40,140 nt of DNA from Chitinophagia bacterium (GCA_041303255.1 JBFYPP010000001.1:1-40140), one strand, 5' to 3'. Counted from the first letter of the stretch, positions 8,488 through 18,283 are shown. Program-made: numbers and translations. The notes: generated from the sequence alone by a model not told the origin.

Positions 8488-9852
8488 TCAACCCCGCATG
8501 AGGATCCGCCAGTTTAAGGGATAGTGGTTCTTTGCCTTGCCTTGAACGATTTTGATCCAACCCAGCGTTACCTTTTTATAGTTTACCAAACTCCACCCTT
8601 TTTGCACAACATCCAAGTCTAATGTTTCTCTTCGTAAATACTTTAACGATTGAGCAAGATCCAATTCAACACTTGGTAAACTAGTAGATTGGATGGTAGA
8701 CATCGCCAGTTCATGATTAGGAACAAATTCTTCGCGAATCAATTCTCCCATTCGAAGACCAGATTTCCTTAACCTCAATATTTTTGACAACAGTGCTAAA
8801 TCTTGTGCATGAGCTTGATCAAAAGCATACAATTCTTCGTCTTTTTTGAAAAGCAATAAATTTTCAACTCCCTTTACCCAATCGCTCATGTTTAGTTTAG
8901 CTTGAAAAGCGGCAAAGGGTAAAGGCAAATCAATATATTCAGCATTTAGCGTTTTAGTTTTCCTAAGCAGTCCACAAAAAAAACCTTCACCCCTTAGTTT
9001 GTCGGGATAAAACCGATATCCACTTGCGCCATGCTTGGATGAGCAAGAATTAACCACACCCCAGGTTTCATCAACAGGTATATCCACAGACTCAAACAAG
9101 CCCGTATCCAAGAGGAAATCAAGATTATCCTCATTCTCTTCGCTTGAAAACGAACAAGTAGAATAAAATAAATACCCTCCTTCTGCAACGGTATCCATTG
9201 CAGCATGTAAGATTCGTTTTTGTCTTGCAGCGCAAAAAACGACCAAGCCCGGATTCCATTCTTTCATGGCTTTTTCATCTTTGCGAAACAGTCCACTTCC
9301 ACTGCATGGAGCATCAATCATCACAAAATCAAAGAAACCTGATAACCGTTTAAAATCTGATGGATCATTGTTGGAAACAAGTATTTTCTTATTGCCCCAT
9401 TTGATTGCGTTTTCTTGTAATACAGCAATACGCGATTGAATAATTTCATTTGAAACAACCAATCCAAACTGTTGCATTGATGCCAGCAATGTTGTTTTAC
9501 CACCTGGTGCAGCACACAAATCCAACGCTTTATTTCCTTTTCCGTCTTTCAATACTTCATTCACCACATGTTGAAGAAACATGCTAGATGCTTCTTGTAC
9601 ATAGTAAGCGCCTGCATGAAAAAGAGGATCCAATGTAAATGATGGTCGTTCTTTCAAAAAAAAAGCACTGCTACACCAAGGCACTTCATTCAACAAATTA
9701 TTTTCATCCAATACCAATGAGCGTTGATTCACTTTTCCCGGATTCAAACGGATAGAGACTGAAGGACTGTGTTGGTGGGCTTCTACCAAAGCTGCTCTCT
9801 CAAAGCCAGCACAATGATTGATTGATTTTAGGAAGTCTTCTTTAAGAACCAT
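8488..9852 (-). CDS. RsmF/RsmB-family (NOL1/NOP2/Sun) RNA m5C methyltransferase
   Basis: AGAYYVQEASSM, LDLCAAPGGKT, DAPCSGSGLFRK, YSTCS..EENE, GEGFF, and an RsmF-like C-terminus NHYPLNWR. Confidence 0.9.
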   Translation of the reverse strand: MVLKEDFLKSINHCAGFERAALVEAHQHSPSVSIRLNPGKVNQRSLVLDENNLLNEVPWCSSAFFLKERPSFTLDPLFHAGAYYVQEASSMFLQHVVNEVLKDGKGNKALDLCAAPGGKTTLLASMQQFGLVVSNEIIQSRIAVLQENAIKWGNKKILVSNNDPSDFKRLSGFFDFVMIDAPCSGSGLFRKDEKAMKEWNPGLVVFCAARQKRILHAAMDTVAEGGYLFYSTCSFSSEENEDNLDFLLDTGLFESVDIPVDETWGVVNSCSSKHGASGYRFYPDKLRGEGFFCGLLRKTKTLNAEYIDLPLPFAAFQAKLNMSDWVKGVENLLLFKKDEELYAFDQAHAQDLALLSKILRLRKSGLRMGELIREEFVPNHELAMSTIQSTSLPSVELDLAQSLKYLRRETLDLDVVQKGWSLVNYKKVTLGWIKIVQGKAKNHYPLNWRILMRG

Positions 9853-9937
9853 ATTTATTAACGTAATAGCTGCATTTTACGGCTATGTAACCAATCATTC
9901 AAACCACATAGAGAAGATTGAAACGAAAGAGACAACA

Positions 9938-9977
9938 CCAGGAATTTAGCAGCTTAAAAATAAGCAATACATTCCTG
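9938..9977. terminator. Imperfect stem-loop downstream of pntB (possible terminator or processing site)
   Basis: Nested inverted repeats CAGGAAT...ATTCCTG and GCTTA-AAAA-TAAGC, but no clean U-tract. Confidence 0.4.
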
Positions 9978-10002
9978 AAAACGCAAGATCCAATACGGTT
10001 GA

Positions 10003-11418
10003 TTAAATACTCCTGATTTCGGCCAAGAGGTCTTGGAGTGCTTTCTTGGCGTCTCCAAATAGCATTGATGTTTTGGGCTGAAAGAACAATTGATTTTCAA
10101 TACCCGCATAACCCGGCTTCATGCTTCGCTTGTTTACAATAACGTGTTTTGCCTCTTCTACCTCAAGAATTGGCATGCCATAAATAGGTGAAGCAGGATC
10201 AGATTTAGCTGCAGGATTCACAACGTCATTGGCCCCAAGGATGAGCACTACGTCGGTATTTTTGAACTCCTCATTTGCAAGTTCCATTTCCAATAATTTC
10301 TCATAGTTCACATCTGCTTCGGCCAATAATACGTTCATATGACCAGGCATTCTTCCTGCAACTGGGTGAATGGCATATTTAACTTCAACACCTTTTGCTT
10401 CTAATGCTTTTTCAAGTTCGTGACAAACGTGTTGTGCTTGTGCAACCGCTAATCCGTAACCTGGTACAATCATCACTTTGTTTGCATAACTCATTACTAC
10501 TGCCGCATCGCTAAGCGTAACCTCTTTGTATGAGCCACCAACTCCACCACCAGCGCCAGTCGTGTTTACTTTATTTCCACCAAAAGATCCGATCAACACG
10601 TTTAAAAGCGATCTGTTCATGGCTTTACACATCAAAATGGTAAGCAAGGTACCCGCAGCACCTACCAGAATTCCTCCCGTAAGCATCACCTTATTGTCAT
10701 ACAAAAACCCACCACAAGCAGCAGCTACACCAGTAAATGAATTGAGCAATGAAATAACGACTGGCATATCAGCCCCACCAATTGGAAGCACAAAGAAAAT
10801 ACCGTACAAAATAGATAAGGCAACAATAACATAAAACAACACATGCGTTTGTTCTGGCCTAACTGTTATAATATATGCGGCAATAACAACATTCAACAAC
10901 AAAATAACCTGGTTGATGATATGCTGCCCACCGAAAGCAAAATCTTTGATTTTACCATTGAGTTTACCCCAGGCAATCATACTACCAGAGAAGGATACCG
11001 CACCAATAATTAAGCCAAGTAAGATGATCAGTAATTTGGTACCATCCAAAGCAGAAAAATCACTAGACCCATGCAATAGGTGATTAAATTCAATCACTGA
11101 AATCAATGCCGCACAAGCACCACCCATACCGTTGAAAAGGCTCACCATTTCTGGCATTGCAGTCATTTGCACTTTCTTAGCCATCAAGGTTCCTACAACT
11201 GTACCAATAAGCAACGCTGCAAAAATCCAAGGATAATTTCCCAATTTCTGACCTTCATTTTCATATAGAAAAATGGTGCCCAAGATGGCAGCAAACATTC
11301 CACCAGCAGCTACTAAATTTCCTTTTCTTGCAGAAGCAGGATTAGAAAGCATTTTTAGTCCCACGATAAAAGTGACCGAACCAATCAGATAAATAAGAAC
11401 AAGTAAGTTAATTTCCAT
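10003..11418 (-). CDS. pntB: NAD(P)+ transhydrogenase beta subunit
   Basis: VQMTAMPEMVSLFNGMGG, PIGGADMPVVISLLNS, PGYGLAVAQAQH, HPVAGRMPGHMNVLLAEA, GANDVVNPAA. Confidence 0.97.
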   Translation of the reverse strand: MEINLLVLIYLIGSVTFIVGLKMLSNPASARKGNLVAAGGMFAAILGTIFLYENEGQKLGNYPWIFAALLIGTVVGTLMAKKVQMTAMPEMVSLFNGMGGACAALISVIEFNHLLHGSSDFSALDGTKLLIILLGLIIGAVSFSGSMIAWGKLNGKIKDFAFGGQHIINQVILLLNVVIAAYIITVRPEQTHVLFYVIVALSILYGIFFVLPIGGADMPVVISLLNSFTGVAAACGGFLYDNKVMLTGGILVGAAGTLLTILMCKAMNRSLLNVLIGSFGGNKVNTTGAGGGVGGSYKEVTLSDAAVVMSYANKVMIVPGYGLAVAQAQHVCHELEKALEAKGVEVKYAIHPVAGRMPGHMNVLLAEADVNYEKLLEMELANEEFKNTDVVLILGANDVVNPAAKSDPASPIYGMPILEVEEAKHVIVNKRSMKPGYAGIENQLFFQPKTSMLFGDAKKALQDLLAEIRSI

Positions 11419-11437
11419 TGCACACTATTTTGGAAGA

Positions 11438-11746
11438 TTATTTTTTCTTTTTAAACATTTCTAGCATTCTGTCGGTTACCACAAAACCACCCACCACGTT
11501 CAATGTGCCAAGAATTACAGCAAGAAAACCAAGTACCAACGAAAGTACATCGTCTTGTGAAGCTTGTCCCATTACAATAATTGCACCAATAATTACTACC
11601 CCATGTATGGCGTTGGCACCACTCATTAAGGGCGTATGCAATACAGAAGGAACTCTTCCGATAATTTCAATCCCAACAAAAATCATGAGAAATACTACGT
11701 AAATCATTTCCTGGTGTGCGCTGATCCAATTCAAGATCTGATCCAT
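11438..11746 (-). CDS. pntAB: NAD(P)+ transhydrogenase alpha subunit part 2 (membrane)
   Basis: VPSVLHTPLMSGANAIHG and NVVGGFVVTDRMLEMF. Confidence 0.95.
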   Translation of the reverse strand: MDQILNWISAHQEMIYVVFLMIFVGIEIIGRVPSVLHTPLMSGANAIHGVVIIGAIIVMGQASQDDVLSLVLGFLAVILGTLNVVGGFVVTDRMLEMFKKKK

Positions 11747-11771
11747 ATACTAATTTTTAAATCCGCTTTAA

Positions 11772-12842
11772 TTAAGCCATTGCTCTTGATCCCTTTACCA
11801 AGTCATCTTCCATATTAATATGAAGATTACCTTCTTTATCAGTAATCAAAAGTAAAAAGTTAATAATATTCTTACCATACAATTTGCTTGCGTCTGAAGG
11901 CATCGTTGCAGGTAAATTGCTGTCTCCAATTATTTTTACTCCATTAAAAACGACCGTCTCACGGTCTTTTGTAAATGGAGTGTTTCCTCCGGTTGATGCA
12001 GCCAAATCAACAATTACACTTCCCTCTCTCATGGCTTTTAACATCTCTTCAGTAACCAAGATGGGTGCAGTTTTTCCAGGAATTTGTGCAGTTGTAATTA
12101 CTATATCTGCCTTAGCAGCACTTTCAGCAATTTTTGCTTGTTGGCTGCGTTTGTATTCTTCGGTTTGCTCTACTGCGTATCCACCGGCGGTTGATGCATC
12201 AGCAGCTCCAGGAATTTCAATAAATTTAGCTCCTAAACTTTGTACTTCTTCCTTCACAGCAGGTCGAGTATCAAAAACTTCAACCACAGAACCCAATCGC
12301 TTTGCCGTTGCAATGGCTTGCAAGCCCGCAACACCAGCACCAAGTATCAATACTTTGGCAGGTGCAATACTTCCTGCAGCAGTCATGAACATTGGGAAAT
12401 ACCTGCCGTATGCATTTGCAGCCGTTAACACTGCTTTATATCCTGAAATATTTGCTTGACTAGAAAGTATATCCATACTTTGGGCCCTGGTTGTTCTGGG
12501 CAACAATTCCATGCTAAACACCACTGCGCCTTTATCTGTCCAATTCTTGATTCTCTCCTGTTGGAAACGGGCCTGGTACATCCCGATAAGCACTAAACCA
12601 TTTCTTACTTCAATAGTAGGCGGATGTATAGAAAGCACAACATCAGCACCTTTGGCAATTTCTTCAGCCGTTTTGATTTCAGCACCTGCAGAGCGATAGT
12701 CTTCGTCTGAGCAATAAGCTTGTGCACCGGCACCGCTTTCCACCCAAACCGATAATTTCTTTTTGATTAATTGCGAAACACCATCTGCAATTAGGGATAC
12801 CCTTGTTTCAGGGACTGATTCTTTTAAAACACCAATAATCAT
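11772..12842 (-). CDS. pntAA: NAD(P)+ transhydrogenase alpha subunit part 1 (NAD-binding domain I)
   Basis: ETRVS, PRTTRAQSMDILSSQ, GAGVAGLQAIATAKRLG, EVQSLGAKF, GGYA, VDLAASTGGN. Confidence 0.95.
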   Translation of the reverse strand: MIIGVLKESVPETRVSLIADGVSQLIKKKLSVWVESGAGAQAYCSDEDYRSAGAEIKTAEEIAKGADVVLSIHPPTIEVRNGLVLIGMYQARFQQERIKNWTDKGAVVFSMELLPRTTRAQSMDILSSQANISGYKAVLTAANAYGRYFPMFMTAAGSIAPAKVLILGAGVAGLQAIATAKRLGSVVEVFDTRPAVKEEVQSLGAKFIEIPGAADASTAGGYAVEQTEEYKRSQQAKIAESAAKADIVITTAQIPGKTAPILVTEEMLKAMREGSVIVDLAASTGGNTPFTKDRETVVFNGVKIIGDSNLPATMPSDASKLYGKNIINFLLLITDKEGNLHINMEDDLVKGSRAMA

Positions 12843-12900
12843 GGGGTTATATTGAGGTGGCGAAGTTAGAGAAAATCTAACTCATCCTATTAATTAATAA

Positions 12901-13704
12901 TTAGAAACGAATTGTAAAATCCAGCTTTTCTTTGAATTCTTTTCTAAAAAAAACGATCCCTATAAAAAATAAATCTACCGAACAGGCAACTCTTTCATTT
13001 TTTTTAATTTCTTGCCATGCTTTTTCCATACCCCTACTCCAATGGATATCGTCAAAAACCAAAACGTCTTCCTCTCCAATGCTGTTCAGTACTTCTTCAA
13101 AATATTGGATGGTGGCAGCATACTGGTGATTACCATCAAAAAAGACCAGTTTCCGTCCTTCCATCCTGCTCAATGCAAAAGGTAATTTTTTGATGAAATC
13201 TCCAACATGGATATCTACGTTTTCAATTCCTTCATTGATGAGCGCGGCTTCTGTAAAATTTGCAATTCCTGTTGCCCCTTCAATAGTTTGGACTCCGTTG
13301 GTTGGATTGGCTCTTGATAAATACCGGGTAGTTAGTCCCAATGACGTACCCAACTCCAATACCGAATCTATTTTATAGTTACAAACTATCCTGTACAATA
13401 ACCTTGCAAGTTTGGGGTTCTTGGCTGCACCACGGGCAATTTGGGAAACTGTTCTATTTCTTCCTGCATGGGTAAACGAACCTGCTCCTAAGTCTTCCAC
13501 CTCAATGATGGTGGCATGCTGGTGTTCATACCTTTGTCTAATCTCTTCGATGTCTTTGAAAAAAGATGTATCTGGTCTTTCTACCTTCAACACCTTATCA
13601 ACAAAATCAAATACAAAGGGGGAATGAATGCCATGCCCCTTCCCACTGGAAGAGGAAAAAAAATACTTGATATACCGAAGGCCCAATTCAAATCGATTGT
13701 ACAT
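12901..13704 (-). CDS. Class I SAM-dependent (O-)methyltransferase
   Basis: HGIHSPFVF, LELGTSLG, FFDGNH, FDDIHWS..MEKAW; a common Bacteroidota family. Confidence 0.85.
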   Translation of the reverse strand: MYNRFELGLRYIKYFFSSSSGKGHGIHSPFVFDFVDKVLKVERPDTSFFKDIEEIRQRYEHQHATIIEVEDLGAGSFTHAGRNRTVSQIARGAAKNPKLARLLYRIVCNYKIDSVLELGTSLGLTTRYLSRANPTNGVQTIEGATGIANFTEAALINEGIENVDIHVGDFIKKLPFALSRMEGRKLVFFDGNHQYAATIQYFEEVLNSIGEEDVLVFDDIHWSRGMEKAWQEIKKNERVACSVDLFFIGIVFFRKEFKEKLDFTIRF

Positions 13705-13716
13705 GGCTAATTATGC

Positions 13717-14232
13717 TTAATTCTTGCGCTCCCAAGTTTGGAACGTATATGAAAAGGCATGTTTCGCATCTGCGGTCATGGCAACTTCTTCTACCAACTG
13801 AAACCAATCGTGATCAATAGGAGGAAAAAAAGTATCCGCATTGGGGAAGATGGTATGCACACGCGTTAAATAAATTCTGTGCGCAATTCCAAGCACCTGG
13901 TTGTAAATTTCGCCGCCGCCTATCACAAAAACTTCTTTACAATCGGAGTCCTTTGCCAACTCAATGGCGTGTTCCACACTTTTTGCCAAGACCAGTCCTT
14001 CTTGCGCTTCAATCCAATTGTCTTGACGAGAGACCACGATGTTTGTCCTACCCGTTAAAGGCTTTGATGCCATTGATTCGAAAGTCTTTCTTCCCATAAT
14101 CACCGGCATACCCCATGTGGTGTTCTTAAAAAACTTCATGTCGTTTGGTAATTTCCACAACAATGCATTGCCTTCACCAATGGCATTGTCTTCTGATGCA
14201 GCTACAACAAGAGATATATGCATGTTACTCAT
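13717..14232 (-). CDS. folA: Dihydrofolate reductase
   Basis: LLWKLPNDMKFFK, VIMGRKTFES, GRTNIVVSR, VIGGGEIY, ADTFFP. Abuts thyA. Confidence 0.96.
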   Translation of the reverse strand: MSNMHISLVVAASEDNAIGEGNALLWKLPNDMKFFKNTTWGMPVIMGRKTFESMASKPLTGRTNIVVSRQDNWIEAQEGLVLAKSVEHAIELAKDSDCKEVFVIGGGEIYNQVLGIAHRIYLTRVHTIFPNADTFFPPIDHDWFQLVEEVAMTADAKHAFSYTFQTWERKN

Positions 14233-15027
14233 TTATATTGCCACTGGCGCTTTAATGGCAGGGTGACTCTGATAACCTTCTAATTGAAAATCCTCGAATT
14301 GAAAACCCAGTATATCTTTAACAGATGGATTGATGTTCATCTTTGGAAGCGGAAATGGTGTTCTACTCAGTTGCTCTCGGGCCTGATCAAAATGATTGTT
14401 GTAGAGATGGACATCGCCGAAGGTATGCACAAAATCTCCAAGGCCCAGTTCACATACTTGAGCCACCATCATGGTAAGCAATGCATAGGATGCAATGTTA
14501 AATGGAACTCCAAGAAAAACATCGGCAGATCTTTGGTAAAGCTGACAAGAAAGTTTTCCATCTGCAACATAAAATTGAAACAAAGAATGACAGGGCATTA
14601 AAGCCATTTTGGGCAATTCTGCTACGTTCCATGCACTTACAATTAAACGTCGACTGTCCGGGTTTTTTTTAATCTGACTGATTAGATCTAAAATCTGATC
14701 ATAGGTATTTCCATCTGCACCAGACCAACTTCTCCATTGCTTGCCATAAACTGGACCAAGTTCACCATTTTCATCTGCCCATTCATTCCAGATACTTACT
14801 CCATTTTCTTTTAAATAGTGAATGTTGGTCTCCCCTTTCAAGAACCAGAGTAATTCATGGACAATACTTTTTAAATGCAGTTTCTTTGTAGTAACCATTG
14901 GGAAACCTTCATTCAAATCAAAACGCATTTGATAGCCAAATACGCTCCTTGTGCCAGTTCCAGTCCTGTCACTTTTGTCTGTTCCGTTTTCTAAAATATG
15001 TTTTACCAGATCTAAATAAGCTTGCAT
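14233..15027 (-). CDS. thyA: Thymidylate synthase
   Basis: [49 protein letters not shown]. Confidence 0.98.
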   Translation of the reverse strand: MQAYLDLVKHILENGTDKSDRTGTGTRSVFGYQMRFDLNEGFPMVTTKKLHLKSIVHELLWFLKGETNIHYLKENGVSIWNEWADENGELGPVYGKQWRSWSGADGNTYDQILDLISQIKKNPDSRRLIVSAWNVAELPKMALMPCHSLFQFYVADGKLSCQLYQRSADVFLGVPFNIASYALLTMMVAQVCELGLGDFVHTFGDVHLYNNHFDQAREQLSRTPFPLPKMNINPSVKDILGFQFEDFQLEGYQSHPAIKAPVAI

Positions 15028-15038
15028 AACATAACTAT

Positions 15039-16646
15039 TTACTTAATCAATTCATGTATTACGGTTCCAACATTTGCACTTGGCATCTGAATTTTTAACA
15101 TCGCCGCAATGGTGCCTGCAATATCACTCATATATACCTTACGGTATGATAAACCCTGCTTTACTCCCCATCCCATCCACAACAAAGGAATATGTGCATC
15201 ATATGGATACATGGAGCCATGAGTAGTGCCACTTGCATTGTAGCTAAAAATATAACCAGGCTTGTAAATCAACTGCACATCACCCGCAAGTTTTTGGTAA
15301 TACCCATTTTGAAACATTTCCTTATACGCTTCTGGAAGATTGACAAGGCTGATACTTTCATTGTCAAATGCAAGTAACATATTGTCATTTTTATTGAGTT
15401 GATCAATATAAAATGATTTGACAACCTTATACTCTTTTCCCATTGAATCGATATAGGCTTTATCAAGATAAATCTGGTAATTGGCAGATGCCTCTACCAA
15501 TCTTTGTAGTCCAAACTTTGCCATGGTTGCATTTTCTGCTTCTTTCCCAGGCTTCATCCCTTTGGCAGGAATCTGATTGGCTTCCAAAAAAGAAGGAACA
15601 TGTGCAACGCCATGATCAGCTGTCATGAAAAACAAATACTGACCCTTACCTACTTTCTGATCCAAATAACTTAAGAAATCTGCAATCTCTTTATCCAGCT
15701 TGATATACGTGTCTTCGATTTCGACTGAATTAGGACCAAAAGAGTGGCCAATATAATCCGGAGAAGAGAGACTGATCGCCAGAAAATCTGTAACCTCATC
15801 TTTACCCAATTCTTCCGCTTCCAGCGCAGCTTTTGAAAAACCCAAAGTGAGTGTATTGCCCCAGGGTGTAGAAGAAATTGGACCAAAGTTCTTTCCAATA
15901 TTATTTTCTAGTTTTCTAGGAAACGGATTCTTTTGATACACAGGATTGTCCTTATCACTCTGCACGTAGGTCTCTAGCGGGTGACTTAATGCCCAATTCA
16001 TTTTATAAAAAGAATCTACTACCCTTCTTTGGTTAAAGGCGACTGCCCAATTGGGTAAAGCAGACATGTACCAGGTGCTCGAGACAAAATTTCCAGAATT
16101 AGGTTCATACCAATATGCAGCATCTCCTGCATGACCAGCCGGCAAAATGCTACCCCTGTCTTTTATGGCGATGGCAACTACTTTCGACTTAAAATTCGTA
16201 GCCAGTTCGAGTTCGTCAGTAATGGTGGTTGAGATTAAATTTTTGGGCGACATAGGTTCTCCTTTTCCTGAACCACCTACAATTTTTACGGAATCATCCT
16301 CAACGCAATACATATCTCGCTTTAAAGATCTGTCGTACCACTCATTGCCTACCATACCATTGAGCGCCGGAACTGAGCCAGTATAAACAGAAGCATGGCC
16401 TGCTGCAGTTGCTGTTTGTGCATAGGGTATAAAAGTATTCTCACAACTAAATCCTTCTCGCAGGATACGCTTGAATCCCCCCTCGCCATAGCGACTCTGA
16501 TAGCGGTAGATAAAGTCCCACCTCATTTGGTCAACCATCATCCCAACAACCAATTTGGGTGTAGCATTGACTGGCTTGGTGGCTTTTTGACTGAACCCAA
16601 ATATTGTAAAAAGAAAGCAGAAGATGACTACAAAAAGAGGTTTCAT
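15039..16646 (-). CDS. pafA: PafA-type alkaline phosphatase (Thr nucleophile), with signal peptide
   Basis: [49 protein letters not shown]. Confidence 0.88.
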   Translation of the reverse strand: MKPLFVVIFCFLFTIFGFSQKATKPVNATPKLVVGMMVDQMRWDFIYRYQSRYGEGGFKRILREGFSCENTFIPYAQTATAAGHASVYTGSVPALNGMVGNEWYDRSLKRDMYCVEDDSVKIVGGSGKGEPMSPKNLISTTITDELELATNFKSKVVAIAIKDRGSILPAGHAGDAAYWYEPNSGNFVSSTWYMSALPNWAVAFNQRRVVDSFYKMNWALSHPLETYVQSDKDNPVYQKNPFPRKLENNIGKNFGPISSTPWGNTLTLGFSKAALEAEELGKDEVTDFLAISLSSPDYIGHSFGPNSVEIEDTYIKLDKEIADFLSYLDQKVGKGQYLFFMTADHGVAHVPSFLEANQIPAKGMKPGKEAENATMAKFGLQRLVEASANYQIYLDKAYIDSMGKEYKVVKSFYIDQLNKNDNMLLAFDNESISLVNLPEAYKEMFQNGYYQKLAGDVQLIYKPGYIFSYNASGTTHGSMYPYDAHIPLLWMGWGVKQGLSYRKVYMSDIAGTIAAMLKIQMPSANVGTVIHELIK

Positions 16647-16668
16647 AAATGAGTAATTAAACTGAATA

Positions 16669-16676
16669 CAAATTTA
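16669..16676 (-). promoter_or_regulatory. -7 promoter element for the pafA-thyA-folA transcript
   Basis: TAAATTTG on the minus strand, 22 nt upstream of the pafA ATG. Confidence 0.6.
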
Positions 16677-16746
16677 GGTCAATGAATTGCTATTTTGCTG
16701 AGTAGTTTTAAACAGGATGTTATGTGTAGGTTATTTCTAAAAATTT

Positions 16747-16754
16747 TATCTTTG
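16747..16754 (+). promoter_or_regulatory. -7 promoter element
   Basis: TATCTTTG (exact TAnnTTTG match) 29 nt upstream of ATG 16784. Confidence 0.65.
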
Positions 16755-16783
16755 CATGCATAAACCACTACAACCTTTCTATC

Positions 16784-18040
16784 ATGGCAGACATCTTTGA
16801 AAGATTAATCAAGAACTACGGTCCACTTGGCCAACACCGTGAGAGAGCCCATGGCTATTTTGCTTTCCCAAAACTAGAGGGTGAAATCAGTAATCGCATG
16901 ATTTTCAGAGGCAAAGAAAAGATTGTATGGAGCCTGAACAATTACCTTGGCTTGGCCAACCACCCAGAAGTGAGGAAAGCAGATGCAGACGCATCCAGTC
17001 AATTTGGACTGGCCTATCCGATGGGCGCAAGAATGATGAGCGGAAACAGCAACCAACATGAGCAACTTGAAAGGGAATTGGCTGCTTTTGAATACAAAGA
17101 AGATGCCATTCTGCTGAATTTTGGATACCAAGGTATCATGAGTTTGATAGACCTACTCTGTAGCAGACACGATATTATAGTTTATGACTCAGAATGCCAC
17201 GCTTGTATTATAGACGGACTAAGATTACATCCTGGTCAGCGTTTCGTATTCAAACACAATGATCTTGCCGATTGTGAAAAGCAATTGCAACGTGCTACAG
17301 CCCTCATTGAAAAAAATCAGAATGGTGGCATTCTGTTGATCACTGAAGGCGTTTTTGGTATGGCCGGAGATCAGGGCAGGTTAAAAGAAATAGCCGCATT
17401 GCGCCCTAAGTACCAATTTAGGTTATTGGTAGACGATGCGCATGGTTTTGGCACCCTTGGTAAAACAGGTGCTGGCGCGGGTGAAGAGCAAGGCGTACAG
17501 GATGAAATTGATCTTTATTTTTCCACATTTGCTAAGTCCATGGCTTCTATTGGTGCCTTTATTGCAGGTCCAAAACAAATCATTGATTACGTTAGGTACA
17601 ACATCAGGAGTCAGATTTTTGCAAAATCATTACCCATGCCCATTGTCATTGGTAATTTAAAAAGATTGGAGCTCCTCAGAAACAACCCCGAACTCAAAGA
17701 TAAACTCTGGGAAAATGCACTCAAATTGCAAAATGGACTAAAAGATAAAGGATTTGATATTGGTAAAACAGATTCAGTTGTTACTCCTGTGTATATGAAA
17801 GGCGGTGTAGAAGAAGCAACACATATGGTAACCGACCTCAGAGAGAATTATAATATCTTCTGCTCAATTGTAGTTTACCCAGTTATTCCTAAAGGTCATA
17901 TTATTTACAGACTCATCCCTACAGCTGCGCATACAGATGAAGACATACAGCTTACTTTGAAAGCGTTTGAAGAAACAAAGAAGAAATTAGATGAAGGGGC
18001 CTACAAAAGCGAGTCAATCGCGCAAATGGCCGAAGCATAA
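16784..18040 (+). CDS. PLP-dependent alpha-oxoamine synthase, most like cysteate acyltransferase (SulA/CfaT/CapB, sulfonolipid synthesis)
   Basis: NNYLGLANHP, HACIIDG, FKHND, EGVFGM, DDAHG, STFAKS (PLP Lys). GYFAFPKLEGEI, PMGARMMSG and RSQIFAKSLP resemble the SulA subgroup as I recall it. Confidence 0.8.
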   Translation: MADIFERLIKNYGPLGQHRERAHGYFAFPKLEGEISNRMIFRGKEKIVWSLNNYLGLANHPEVRKADADASSQFGLAYPMGARMMSGNSNQHEQLERELAAFEYKEDAILLNFGYQGIMSLIDLLCSRHDIIVYDSECHACIIDGLRLHPGQRFVFKHNDLADCEKQLQRATALIEKNQNGGILLITEGVFGMAGDQGRLKEIAALRPKYQFRLLVDDAHGFGTLGKTGAGAGEEQGVQDEIDLYFSTFAKSMASIGAFIAGPKQIIDYVRYNIRSQIFAKSLPMPIVIGNLKRLELLRNNPELKDKLWENALKLQNGLKDKGFDIGKTDSVVTPVYMKGGVEEATHMVTDLRENYNIFCSIVVYPVIPKGHIIYRLIPTAAHTDEDIQLTLKAFEETKKKLDEGAYKSESIAQMAEA

Positions 18041-18053
18041 TTTTTTTACTTTT

Positions 18054-18079
18054 TCCCTGCCTCGGCAGGGATTTTTTTT
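18054..18079 (+). terminator. Intrinsic terminator of the 16784-18040 gene
   Basis: TCCCTGC-CTCG-GCAGGGA followed by T8. Confidence 0.9.
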
Positions 18080-18096
18080 ACACATAGGGTAGGTAC

Positions 18097-18128
18097 AAAA
18101 AAAAAGGGCCCGGATAGAAATCCAGCCC
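18097..18128 (-). terminator. Minus-strand intrinsic terminator, copy 1
   Basis: GC-rich stem with a U-G wobble that pairs only on the minus strand, followed by U9. Confidence 0.85.
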
Positions 18129-18181
18129 GTTTTAAATCCAATATCCTATGAAAAACCGAGATAATAACGTGATTTTACTTA
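18097..18181 (-). ncRNA. Putative small RNA, copy 1 (~85 nt; 5' end approximate)
   Basis: Ends in GGGCUGGAU-UUCU-AUCCGGGCCC-U9. No upstream minus-strand CDS explains this terminator, and this is the most conserved part of the repeat. Confidence 0.55.
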
Positions 18182-18195
18182 TCTATATTGCGTAG
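18148..18195 (+). CDS. Possible 15-aa micropeptide MKNRDNNVILLIYIA (speculative)
   Basis: ATG...TAG intact in both repeat units with a hydrophobic C-terminal half; this may just reflect recent duplication. Confidence 0.25.
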   Translation: MKNRDNNVILLIYIA

Positions 18196-18251
18196 AACCT
18201 CAAGTATTTTTAAGTTTTTATTAAGAATAACTCCTGGTTTTGGGTATGCAC

Positions 18252-18283
18252 AAAAAAAAAGGGCCCGGATAGAAATCCAGCCC
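18252..18283 (-). terminator. Minus-strand intrinsic terminator, copy 2
   Basis: Hairpin plus U9 identical to copy 1. Confidence 0.85.

Noticed and set aside
11884-12459. 191-aa antisense ORF within pntAA, and similar shadow ORFs (e.g. 458-817, 26077-26517, 30904-31293, 38807-39181)
   Set aside because: They lie opposite well-conserved genes, are mostly mirror-frame products of codon bias, and show no recognisable motifs.
10003-12842. Split pntA as a frameshift or pseudogene
   Set aside because: The alpha1/alpha2/beta three-gene layout is an established transhydrogenase type, and all three ORFs are intact with their own starts.
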